Of a stretch of DNA of 64,000 nucleotides, positions 16,741 through 29,148 are shown piece by piece (the first letter of the stretch is position 1; each line of letters opens with the position of its first letter). A program made the position numbers and the translations under genes. Under the pieces are notes generated by a model. The model worked only from the letters and a program-made list of their open reading frames with translations. It had not been told where the DNA came from and made no database searches. The DNA lies in the NCBI GenBank assembly GCA_020891255.1, contig BQFW01000014.1:744001-808000 (forward strand), given 5' to 3'. The DNA is from Entomortierella parvispora E1425. Its lineage: Eukaryota; Fungi; Mortierellomycota.

Positions 16741-17613
16741 TGCTGCCACAACGGATCCAATAACAGGTGACACGCCTGAGCGCGAATGTTGGCGGTCGAG
16801 CGAGGGTCGTTGGGGGTCTGGCCGCAAGACTGAAGAGATGGGAGGGGTAGTCGCAATTTGCGTTTGGAGGTCCTTGACGGATGCGTCCGAGCTTGTCGAT
16901 GTGCGACGGTGGGTCCGCAGGAAGTGCTCCTGAGAACGATTGGCAGCAGAACTTCCTCCTCTGGGCCACTGGACTACTGGTGTTTCCTGAAGAGAGCCCA
17001 ACGATGGATCGGGGGATTCTTTGTGGAGATTGACACCAGCTGGGGTGACGGGGCGAGGGACCTTCATCGACGACGAAGGAGCAAAAGTAACCGGCGGTGT
17101 GGACGAAAAGATGATGATGTCCTTATCAGCCTCTTCGTCGCCTCGGCATTTCTCCGCTGAGGCTCGTTGACTCTGGAAGCTGGAGGTACGTCGGATGTAT
17201 GAGGACTTTGGTGATGAAGCCTCGGTCTCCAGCCCTAAAGAATTGGCTGCTGTTGTTCTCGAATCGTAAGATGAGCGGGTATCTGCTGCTGGTATAGGAA
17301 AGCTCGCTGCTCGGGATGGGGAGTGCTTCAAAGGCGTCGAGATAGGGACTGTGTTGCCCGAGGTCGTGGAGGTCATGTCTTGAATGGGTGCCGTGGTGGG
17401 CAGCGGCAACGGCAAGACTTCTGAGGACGACGAGGAGTGACGATAGACAGAGTTGCGAAATCGGGCTGGAAGCGAGTTGCGGAGTGAGTTGGACGCCTTG
17501 AGGCCAAGCTCCTTCTTGGTGAGGGCCGGACTGGACGGTCGAAGTTGCGGCGACTGGGGCCGGGGGTCCTGCCCTCCCCAGCCAGAAATGGCACGCTTGA
17601 TCTTGTCGAACAT
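13550..17613 (-). CDS. PLC1: Phosphoinositide-specific phospholipase C (PH, EF-hand, X, Y and C2 domains)
   Basis: Long low-complexity N-terminus, then GTQMLKISAKKQHSR (PH), EF-hands, X box (LSNYYISSSHNTYLLGHQL, GCRCVE, PLILSLEIHC), Y box (LTRVYPAGFRINSTNYDP, VALNYQ, NGHCGYVLKP) and C2 (NGFNPLWNE). ATG placed at 17613. Confidence 0.93.
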
Positions 17614-19293
17614 GACAAAGGGATGCGACTCGGCAATGGATGCAGACACCGAGAACGAGGCTTTCTCGACCTGGACCTTTGCTTTTCTCGACGACGAGGT
17701 CGCTGGCAGTTGGTAAAGCCAAGTGCTTTTTTTAGGCTTTGGTCTTTCTTTCTAGCAGGCTAGTTTCTGTTGTGTTTGCTTTTTGGATTGCGAAACGCGA
17801 ATGCGGTCACTGCGGTGGATGGATGGACGCAGGAGCAACGACGGCTTGAGAGAAGGAGAGCGATGAAGGAAACAAGAGTGGATGTGTGTGAATGGATGGA
17901 TGGATGAATGGATGGACGAGTGTTCAGATGGAGAGGAAGGGAAGCAGAAGGAGGAATGGGAAGGATGAGACCCCAATTGTCGGACACAGAACAATAATAA
18001 CACGCCAGAGAAGCTGCACTGAAAGACAGGCAGGGTGCAGACCACGAACAAGGTGGGAAGGGGGTGAAGATGGATGGGACGATGGGAGAGAAGGCAGAGA
18101 GCAAGGAATGAAAGGAACGAGAGATTGAGAGATTGAGAGATTGAGAGATTGAGAGAGAGAGAGTGTGTGTGTGTGAAGGCAGACAGATGCCATTGGCCAC
18201 CCATGGGTTGCTCTATTGACCGTCTGTCTGTTTGTCTCTGTCTGTCTGTCTTCTTGCCCGGGGTTCATTTCTGCCTGCAAGAACGATGACCCGCTGGCAT
18301 TCTTGCATTTCTGGCCAGGACACCTATTAGGTGGCGCTGGAAGGGCTGTCTGGCGAATTGTGGCTGTTGTCGCTGTTGTAAGCAGACAGGCAAGGCGGCA
18401 GGACTGGTCTGGCCCATCCTTCGTTGGATATGCTCCTTCGTTTATCCATCATTCGTGGTGGCCATCATCTCGCTCATATCTCCAGCAATCAGTCCCACCT
18501 TCGCTATTCTTGACCTGCTGCAAGAACAGTGGTGGGAGCAATCGATAAAGATAGATGCTTTTTCTTTCGTGTCTTTCCCAGGGTTTGGAGTGAAGCTATT
18601 CTTTTGGAGCAACCAAAACAACCGTGTCTATTTGGGCTGGTTTCTTCTTCTGAGCAATTCCTTTTGTTTTCCTCTACCTTTCCATATGTTTCCCCTCTTC
18701 TTCTTCTTCTTGGGCCCCTTGTGGGAGAGTGACCTGGCAGTCTGGGTCACCGGGAACATCAGTGGCTCTGCTATTTCTGTGTACTGACACAGGAACTGCA
18801 TTGCACTTTCCTTTCCCACACTGTTTCTTCCTTCTCCTCGTGAGAAACTACACTCTCTAGGTGGCCCAACCAAACAGACAAACCATCGAACGCGTCGACT
18901 ACGCAAGGAGCACAAAAGAAGAATGACAGGACTGTCGTTACGCGAAGGCAAAGCACAAAACGATCTGCGGCACTGAATTAACGCGGACCCTTGCTTCGCC
19001 ACTGCAGCCCTCTTTGCTTGTCGTCTTTGCTTTGTCTGCGTGCGAACGATGCTGCGCCCGAGACAGACTGAGGATTGACTCGTCCGCCATCCATCGCCTT
19101 GAAGGCGCGGCTTTTTTTTTTCTCCTCGCGTTGATCACGTGATGGGCCAGTCACTTCTGTTTTTTTTTTTTTTCTTTTTTTCATCACATTCAGTGCGTGC
19201 AACTGCACTGTCCTCAGTACCAGCTAAAAGGTCAAAGCATTTCCTCCCGTTGTGTCTCTTCCATTTCTCTTACATCCACATACACAATTTACC

Positions 19294-20863
19294 ATGACCG
19301 ATCAGACCGTCCAAGCCCCTGCTGCCGAGGTCATTGCCGACGCCCCTGCTGCTGTTGTTGCTGATGTTGCCGCTGATGTCGCCCCTGCCGCTGCCGCTGA
19401 GACCGTCGTTGCTGACACTAATGACAAGGATGCCGAGAAGGCAAAGATCTTGAAGCAGGTCGAGTTCTACTTCTCTGATGCCAACTTGCCCACTGACAAG
19501 TTCATGTCTGAGCTCGTCGGAAAGAACGGTGGTTGTAAGTGGAATCCTAAAAACAAACGTTGACTGCCGCCTCTTTTTGCTTTTTTGGTCTTGTAAAGTT
19601 GCCCGCTAGCGCGTTGTGTACAGTGAACTGATATATCCTTGTGGTCTGGACAACTTAGGGGTTTCCATTGCCAAGATCGCGTCTTTCAAGAGAATGAGAG
19701 AGTTCACGGACAAGGATTTGATTGTCCAGGCCCTTCGCGAGTCCAAGGAGATGCTTGAGGTCAGCGAGGATGGTTTGACTGTCCGTCGCAAGACTGAGAT
19801 CTCTCCCTCAAAGGATCACTTCCAGAGATCTATCTACGTTGTAAGTACTCGAGTCTACATGGATGTTTTGATTAACCTATCACCCTTTTGTTTCTTGTTG
19901 AGGAGAACGCCGCGTCAAGAGAAAACTGACCTGGGAATCTTTTGCGCCATTGTAGAAAGGATTCGGTGATGAGACTCCCTCTCTTCAGTTGGAGTTGGAG
20001 CAGTACTTTAGCTCCCTCGGTGATGTCAAGCAGGTCCGCATGAGACGCAACAATGACACTGGAGCTTTCAAGGGATCCGTCTTTGTCGAGTACGCCACTT
20101 TGGATGAGGCCAACAAGATTGCTGCCTCCACTCTCGAGTACAACGGTCAGCCTTTGGTCGTCATGTCCAAGTAAGGATCCCAAGTGCCCTGTTACCAAAC
20201 TAATTCTCCTTTCTTTATTGTTTCTGGACAATCTTTTCTGACAAATTTTCTTTATAATTGCATCCATCTTCTCTTAGGACCGCCTACTGTGAAATGAAGG
20301 TCAAGGAACTTGGCTTGGACCCCTCTGAGATCAAGACTGGCAGAAGCAACAAGGGATTCAGCATGAAGGATAACACTAAGAAGAGATCCAGAGAGGAGGA
20401 GAGCGCTCCAGAGGATACCTTGGAGGAGCTCAAGAACAAGGTCATCAAGATTACTGGAATTGTTCAGGACCGTGAGGCTTCCGGCGGTCTCAGGGACCTC
20501 AAGGTCAGACTTGCAGAGTACTTCCGTTACGGGTTCTTCAACTGGCCCAAGGATTCCAACGTTGCTGAGGTTCAAATCAAGGATGACAAGGATGCCGCTG
20601 CCGTCATTGAGTCCTTGACTGCTGGAGGTTTCGAGTTCAACGGCGTCAAGCCCACCATCACCGCTGCCTCAGAAGAGGAGATTGCTACTTTCTTTGAGGC
20701 CAAGAAGGCTCACGTTGCTGCCATGGCTGCTCGTGATGCAGAGAACGGTGGTCGTGGAGGACGTGGCCGTGGTCGTGGAGGCCGTGGTGGCCGTGGAGGT
20801 CGTGGTGGTCGTGGTGGTCGTGGTGGTCATGATCGCAAGAAGATCCGTACCCAGGACGACTAA
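19294..20863 (+). CDS. LHP1: La autoantigen homologue (La motif, RRM and C-terminal RGG repeats)
   Basis: ILKQVEFYFSDANLPTDKF, IASFKRMR, RRKT, RSIYV, KGSVFVEY. GGR/RGG tail at 20747-20830. Three introns. Confidence 0.92.
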
Positions 20864-21355
20864 GAGCTCCATCAAAGCTCTTTGTACTATTAAAATCGAA
20901 CAAAGCATTTCATCTTTTTTTTTTCTTTTGCTCCCTCCCATGATACACCATAAAGTCGTTCTCTAATTACCATTACCATTGGTTCTCGGATGTGTTCTTG
21001 ACCTCACCCTTTGCAAGACTGCTCACAAGTCTGGATGGGACACTCGATCAAAGCTGTTGAATGATTCCCATGCACGCAATGAAGCCTTTTTTTTTTGAGT
21101 TTTTCTAGCTTGTTTATATGTGGAGAGGTGTCCAGCAACCAGGCTGGACAAGTAAAGCTCTAATGCTCTATAAGATCTATGGCGATGAAGGAATATGAAT
21201 GGAAAAGGGGGAGGAAGGGAACCAAACAAAGGTTGTACAGGATGGCAGTGGAAAGAAGTCTAATGAGAGATGTGATCTACAAGTATTGAAAGAAAAGAAG
21301 CGTAGAAAAAAAAAAGGGAATGGACCCTGGCTCTTTTTTTTTTTTTATTTTTTTT

Positions 21356-21994
21356 TTAGGCCAGGATTGGTGGCCAAGGGGAGCGCTTGGGCTCGTACGC
21401 GATCCAGCCCTCAGGCTTGGGGATCGATCCGTCGTAACGGAAGGCGTTTTCGGAATCGTCCTTGTGCTGCTTCAGACAGTGCTCACGGGTCGAGTCCCTG
21501 CGAGCAGAGCTGGACTGGCAGTAGTTGCAAGTGTAGGGCTTGTAGTCAGGGTAGTGGGTGTCTCTGTGGCGCTTGACGGGGTCGGAGCGGGCACTGTGGT
21601 AATCACAAGTGGGGAAGTTGCAGAAGTAATGATAGGTAATGGCCTGACCGGGGATGATCTGCTGATGGACCAAGGTACCGTTGGGGCTGTTGCCGTTGCC
21701 ACTGGGTCCCTGAGGGGGAGGGGGAGGAGTGGGGTTGTTGTTGTTCGCCGTCATGGACTGAGTGTTGTGGGGAACACCACTGTCTTGGATGTGCAAAGAG
21801 GCGTTGGAGAAGGAAGAGGCGCTTGAACCAGAGTAGGAAGAAGAGTCAGAGTCCGAGTCTTCGTAAAAGGCGCTGCCGTCGTGCTGGTGGAGGTGGTGAC
21901 CGTTGTAAGCGAGCATGTCAGAGGGAGTACAGTTAGAGTCCATGGCGGCCAAGATATAAGCTGGAGTGAGATGAGCTGGAGTGAGATGAGCCAT
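21356..21994 (-). CDS. Two-finger C2H2 zinc-finger protein, probable transcription factor
   Basis: Single-exon 212-aa ORF with FCNFPTCDYHSARSDPVKRHRDTH and YTCNYCQSSSARRDSTREHCLKQH, preceded by a Ser/Asn/Pro-rich region. Confidence 0.8.
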   Translation of the reverse strand: MAHLTPAHLTPAYILAAMDSNCTPSDMLAYNGHHLHQHDGSAFYEDSDSDSSSYSGSSASSFSNASLHIQDSGVPHNTQSMTANNNNPTPPPPPQGPSGNGNSPNGTLVHQQIIPGQAITYHYFCNFPTCDYHSARSDPVKRHRDTHYPDYKPYTCNYCQSSSARRDSTREHCLKQHKDDSENAFRYDGSIPKPEGWIAYEPKRSPWPPILA

Positions 21995-24900
21995 TGTTGA
22001 TATGGTGTAGGATTGTTGACGTTTGTGTTGATGGGGGAAAGGTCAAGTGTATTAGGGCCAACAAGGAGAGGGCGGGGTGCGATGGTAGTCGTAGTAGTAG
22101 AGTGGATGGGGAAAGACAAGGCGAGTTGTTTTTGCTCGGTTAGATGTTGTGTAACAGAAGCAAAAAAAGGATGCAGAGACAAAGGGAAAAATGGAACCAT
22201 CGTGCATTACCTTTATATGTTGTTGGTTTGGAGGAAAGCTATTGAAGATTGTCCAAGAGTGGGAGACTTGCGACTATGATTGATTGTTCTGTGGGAGCAG
22301 ACGGGTATTTTTGGAAAGGGTAGGCGAGTGAGTGCGAAAGAGATCAGCAATGCTGAAGAATGGTCCCAGAATAGGAGCACAGAGAGAAAAGGGAGGGGGA
22401 TGATGATGTGCTGGAGCAAGGTTGAGGAGAGAGGATGGGTTGAGCATGGTCCAAAAACACGACAAGTGTCCGTAGAAAAGATTAGAGGAAATGGCGAGAC
22501 CAGACTGGGCACAAGAGTAAGAGAGTGACGAGCCCAAAGAACATCCTCGCTGATGAAATACAGTTGCATAAAGACAGGGAGACAGAGAAGGAGAGATCTC
22601 AAGGGAAAGAGCAAGGACTGGGAGGAAAGAGCAGCTGCAGAACCTTCATTGACCTCTGCACAAACGGATAAGCAATTGAGGACGGAGAGGAGGGGGAGGG
22701 ATGCGAGGGTCTATGATCCAACAGGGTTGCGTGCTTACCTGGCAGGTGGGAGCGGAATGTTTGCTTCGAGCGATAGATTGAGTGCCAAGGACAGAGAGGG
22801 GGAGAGACAGGGAAAGAGAGCGCTAGAGTCGTCCTTTTCGGTAACGGCGATGTATTGAGCAGTTGAGTACAGAGGAGGGCTAGGAGGAAGAGAAGGAGGA
22901 AGATTGTTGTCGATGATGAGAAAGGGGAGAATGGTGTGGTGGGATTTGGATATTTATACATCTTTTTGATCCGGACCATGGTCCCTCTTTCTGACTCTTT
23001 CCCCAAGTGAGTGTCTGCTGCAGCCGGAAGAGAAATGAACAACCCAACGGCCGAGATGTATCACCTTTTTTGACCAAGGTGTCAATGTATCAACAGTGCC
23101 CTCCTCACCCCCCTTCGCCTTGATCCCAGAGTTGCTAGCAACAGGACTCTGTGGTGCATGCATGCATGTAGTGGTCAATTGGGATTTACTTTATCAATGT
23201 TAAAGGACCTTGCGGTTCTGTTACCTTCAACTGCAATTGGTTTGACGTTACTTCTTTGCTCTCTCTCTCGTTCTCTTTCTTTCCCTCTCCCACTCCCTCT
23301 GTGCGACGCAATGCAGCCTAGAAACAAAAATGAGGGGAGTCCATGAGTAAAAAAAAAAAAAAAAAAGAGGTCAAAAATAGGGAGCCAGAAACAGCTCAGT
23401 TGGGTCCGTTTGCCCTTGGAGGAGGGAGCCAAGCTGTGCTACGGATCAGAAGGAAGAAAAGGGGGAAGGAGGATCAGAGAATGAGAGACCACAACGGAGA
23501 GGGAATTTCACAAAAAAAAAAAAAGGGAACAGTCGGAGCGAGGGGGCACCGGAAAGGAGACCAGTATTCGAGGGGGGGGGAGAAGAACTCAGTCTTAGCA
23601 AACAACACGGTCAATGACTCTGGTTTTGTCTGGTCAAAAATAACACGGACCAGACCCGTAGAAAAACTGCCCTCCAGAGCGCGATGGTGATACAAAGGGT
23701 CAAGAGCGATTACGGCAACAAGAGGACACGGACTGTGCAGCTTTGCTTGCAGAGTGCATCCATCGCCATCGGGGTCAATGCAACGGACAGTTGTGCAACA
23801 GATCCTCTCTTTTGTCAGTATCAAATCGAGGGGGGGATGAAGCCGAGAGGAAACAAGGATCGCTACACCGAGAGCAATATACGGACAACTCGAAACAGAG
23901 CAATTGGGCCAGGATGAAACGGACAACTTTTTCTGTTCTTCCGTCGTTTGCTCTCTCCCTCTCCCTCTCTCCCTCCCTCCCTGACATGCTCGATTCTCAA
24001 GAGGGCGTCTTTTGCCTGTCTCTCTTTCGACTCCTACATGCTGCCTCTATTTTTCGGACAAGAACCCTCCTTTTTTCCTGTCTCTCCAATTTGACTGACT
24101 GCACATGTCAAAGGCCGATGCGAGGCAACATATCCTCTTTGCCACCGCTTGATAGATGTATGAACTCTTGGTTTCTAATTGAGCTATATGTGGACGCGAC
24201 CTGTATTCTATTTCTATAAGGAAATGCGGCGGAAAAAAGACATGATGTTCGTTAAAACTGGTCTGGGAGCCTTGCGGCCTACAAATTCTCTTGTCAAAAG
24301 AATGAAAAGGGACCCGAACTGTTTCGGAAAAATAGGAAAAAGCTTTTTTTTTCCTTCAGATGGCCCAAGATACCGATCTCCATCTGCGAGCTGAACCTGC
24401 GCCTCAGGTCGATGAGGATATGTGTCAGACAATGTGGCTGACAAGGGCCCAAGAAGGCCGCGACACTGCATCTGAGCCAGACCTGCTTTAAACAGACCTC
24501 CTTGAGGAGCCTCTTTTTCCTGTTCTGATTTTTTTTCCTGTAAAGCTCTTTCCCAGGATCAAGAACAAGGGCTACCTACTGTACATTATCACTATCCTTG
24601 CAAGCTGCCAGGGAGGGACAGCAGGGGTGCTTTGCGGTCTGGAGACCTCGCCCTCTCCATGCTGCTAGTTTCAAGCCCCGCGACAAGAGAATACAAACTA
24701 GGACGGGAGGATGGATGCTGCTGAAAAATAACGAAAAAGAGAAAGGGTCTTTGGTCATGCACGTAGTAAACTTGCTTCTCCTCCCAAAAAGAACAACCAA
24801 CTGGCCTGGATCATCGCTCTTGCTCACTACCTATCAGGAGTTTCTACTCCTGTTATCTCCTGTTAGGTGCTTTGAGGGCAGTGCTCAGTGAGGTCTGAAA

Positions 24901-25086
24901 GTGACAGAGCATGACGTTTTTTCAGCCGTCGATGTGGACGGGAGGCCATCTCTCGCCCTCTCTGTAGGAACGGAAGAGCCATCGACACTTGAGGGTATGA
25001 CCCCACCCAGTCTGCAAGCCAACGCGTTGCAAGCAGTAGGGCGACGCGTCTCGTCCGAAAGAGCAAAGCCACCACAAGGCGGATGA

Positions 25087-26262
<1,176 letters not shown>

Positions 26263-27324
26263 AGGCAATTTGAACAACACCTTGACCTCAATAAAAGTAC
26301 CAGACATCCATGCGCGCTTGAAGACGTGAGGGGTTCTCGTAAGCCGCACGACTTTTTGGCGCATCGTAAGCAACTCGGGTGTCGAGAGAGTGAGCATTTT
26401 CCTCTAAAACCCTATTTGGCACAAGGAAGACGACCTCGCGCACACATTCATGTTCTATGCCCAGCTGCCTTCTCTGCACCTGACTGGTGCATGTCGTGAA
26501 CCCTCAGAACAATCTCTTGCAAGAGAGCAGTGCAGGCAACAGAGGAGCAGGCATCGGATGAACAAGACTGGAAGAGGACCTGTTTGTTGTCGCTCCCTCA
26601 AATGTCGCATGCACCGAGGAGAAAGAAAAAAAAATGGCGGTGGCGGGGGTGACGGGTTCGAATTTTTTTTTTTTTTTTTTTTCCACGGACTTCCTTCCCT
26701 CCGTTTTCCCTTCCTCGTTTTCTTTTTCTTTTTCTCTCTTCTTTCTTCACCACCCCACTCTCCCCTCCACCCAGGTAAGCAACATGTCCACTTTCCTCTT
26801 CGTGCCAAAGGCCCCCTACAAGGATTCTCTCGCCGCATTGGACGTGCCTGACCGATCACCCGCCCGTAACTCGTCATGGACCCGGGGACATCCGAGAAAT
26901 GAGTGATCCGTCCATCCGGTCGATCCGATGGGTCCTTCCAAGGCCACATCGCTCTCTACATCTTGGGAGAGATTGCAGATTTAGTAGATGGGGACAAAAG
27001 TCCCTGAATCAGGAATTTTTTACTTGGACAGGAACAGGATACCCTCATAAACTGGATTCCGTCTGCGCGTGGAGGCACGCGTGTGTGATGCAGTGCAGTC
27101 ATCCTGTCAGACAGTAACCTTGCATGCTGCTGGATACTGAGGTTGGAATAGACCGTACCTCTATTTAAGCACGAGGACAAGGAACCATGGAAACTATAAA
27201 ACGAAGTCCGAGGAACGGGATTGTCAGCAGGGCGTGCTCAGCAGTAGGGTCCAACTCTGGTGGATTTGAACAAGGTGTCTGACCCTTTTCTTTCTCTTCT
27301 CTTGCGTTCACTCAGATTATAACA

Positions 27325-28493
27325 ATGGCCACCTCCGTCCCCGTCCCCTTCGCTGACATCGGCAAGTCCTCCAACGACTTGCTCGGAAAGGACTTCCCCG
27401 TTGGACAGACCAAGTTCGAGCTCAAGTCTGTTGCCCCCGGTGGCGTTGTAAGTGATTGAGACCATTCGATGCCTTCGATAGCAATTGGATGATGTCGTTT
27501 GCGCAAAAGGACGAAAGTCGGGGCACAATCTTCAGATACATTTGACTGACAAGGCCTCCCTACTTCTTTCCTACTTTCTTCGTTTTTTCACCTCCTTTGC
27601 TCCATCTCGGTTCCGGATGACGACATTTCCGTTGCTCTCTCTCTGTCTCTCTCGCCATCGATGGGATCTTGTTGTTTGCATTGGACCCTCTGACTCAAAC
27701 ATCACGTTTTGGACTTGACTTTATCCCACAGACCTTCAACGTCCTCGGTAACCAGGACAACAAGTCTGGCGCCATCAACGGTGAGCTCAAGACCAAGTAC
27801 GTCGACTTCAAGAACGGCTTGACCGTCACTGAGGCCTGGACCACCGGCAACCTCCTCACCACCCAGATTGAGCTCGAGAACAAGGTCGCCAAGGGCTTGA
27901 AGTTGGACATTGTTGGAGGCTTCCTCCCCTCTGAGGGCAAGAAGAACGCCAAGGTTGGTGTCCAGTACAAGCAGCTCGGCTTCAACTCCCGTGCTTACCT
28001 CGACCTCTTCAAGGGCCCCACCTTCACCGGTGATGTCGTTGTTGGCCGTGATGGTTTCTCGGTCGGAGGAGATGTCGCCTACGATGTTGGCGGTGCTTAC
28101 ATCACTCGCTTCGCCGCCGCTGCCGGCTACACCGCCCCCGAATACTCTGTTGCTCTCCATGCCCACAACTCGTTCAAGGTCTTCTCGGCCTCGTACTACC
28201 ACCGCATCAACGCCGATCTCGAGGCTGGTGGAAAGGCCGTCTGGGACTCCAAGGCTGCCCCCGCTGCCGAGAAGGGAGCCAAGGCCCCCGTCGCCTTGGA
28301 GGTTGGAGCCAAGTACTACCTTGACCGTGATGCCTTTGTCAAGGCCAAGGTCAACAACGCCGGTGTCCTCGGTCTCGGATACACCCAGGCCCTCCGCAAG
28401 GGCGTCAAGGTCTCCATTGCTGGTCTCTTTGACACCACCAAGCTCGACCAGGCTGCCCACAAGCTCGGTCTCTCCATTGTCTTTGAGGCATAA
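27325..28493 (+). CDS. POR1: Mitochondrial porin (VDAC)
   Basis: MATSVPVPFADIGKSSNDLLGKDFP, FKGPTFTGDVV, FVKAKVNNAGVLGLGYTQALRKGVKVSIAG..HKLGLSIVFEA. Intron about 27449-27731. Confidence 0.96.
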
Positions 28494-29148
28494 GCAAAGA
28501 GATCGATGCCAATCGTTTCTCTTGTTCATTCTATATTTTTTTTTCTCCATTTCCCTCCCAACTCCCCCCCATAATCTGTACATGAAATAAAAGTCGGGGC
28601 ATTCTTGGTTAAACACGAGTGGGCAAGTGCACAAAAGGACAAAGCACTGCGGTAGTTTGCGTAGAACGAACAGAACCAGCACAACATGCAAACTCAAGCC
28701 AAACAATGAGCACACACTTTATCGCCAACGAACGCGGTCCAGAAGACAATTCGCTAGTTTTTGGTCGGAGTGAGGACGGACGCCGTGGGGCAGGAATGCG
28801 CGTGTGTAGGCGGCAAGAGAAAGAGAGAGGAAAGAAGGGATGCACCGCACACACAAAGGGTGCAGCAAAGCATTGTTGGGTGAACCGAGGCAAGACCTGA
28901 GCAGAGCACGTACATACCTGCCATTGCTGTTGTCTCTTCGAACTGTGTCCTGCCCTGTTTGTCCTTCTATCGGCCTGTCTCTTCACTCTTCCCCATCTTT
29001 TCTTTTTGTCCTTCCTGTTTATTCATTCACATTCATTCATTCATTCATTCATTCCCGTCCTCTTTCATTCTTCTCTCTCTCCACCCCTTTGCTCCCACCG
29101 TCTCTTCCTCTTTGCTCTCACGCCTCACTCAACCCAAAACCTTCAGCA

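Noticed and set aside
24403-24486. Possible box C/D snoRNA (CAGGTC..ATGAGGA..CTGA..GACCTG)
   Set aside because: The C box is non-canonical, the stem is offset from the D box, and I recognise no rRNA guide.
26765-26785. U1 snRNA-like CTTACCTGG on the minus strand
   Set aside because: It is just the complement of a consensus 5' splice site, and the downstream sequence does not resemble U1.
26800-26900. RNase MRP-like GTCCCCGG and GGGGGC motifs on the minus strand
   Set aside because: The spacing is too short and the CR-I and CR-V consensus sequences do not match.
27702-28715. Long antisense or alternate-frame ORFs over VDAC, the CDAs, La and the repeat gene
   Set aside because: These are shadows of strong codon bias in highly expressed genes and carry no domain signal.
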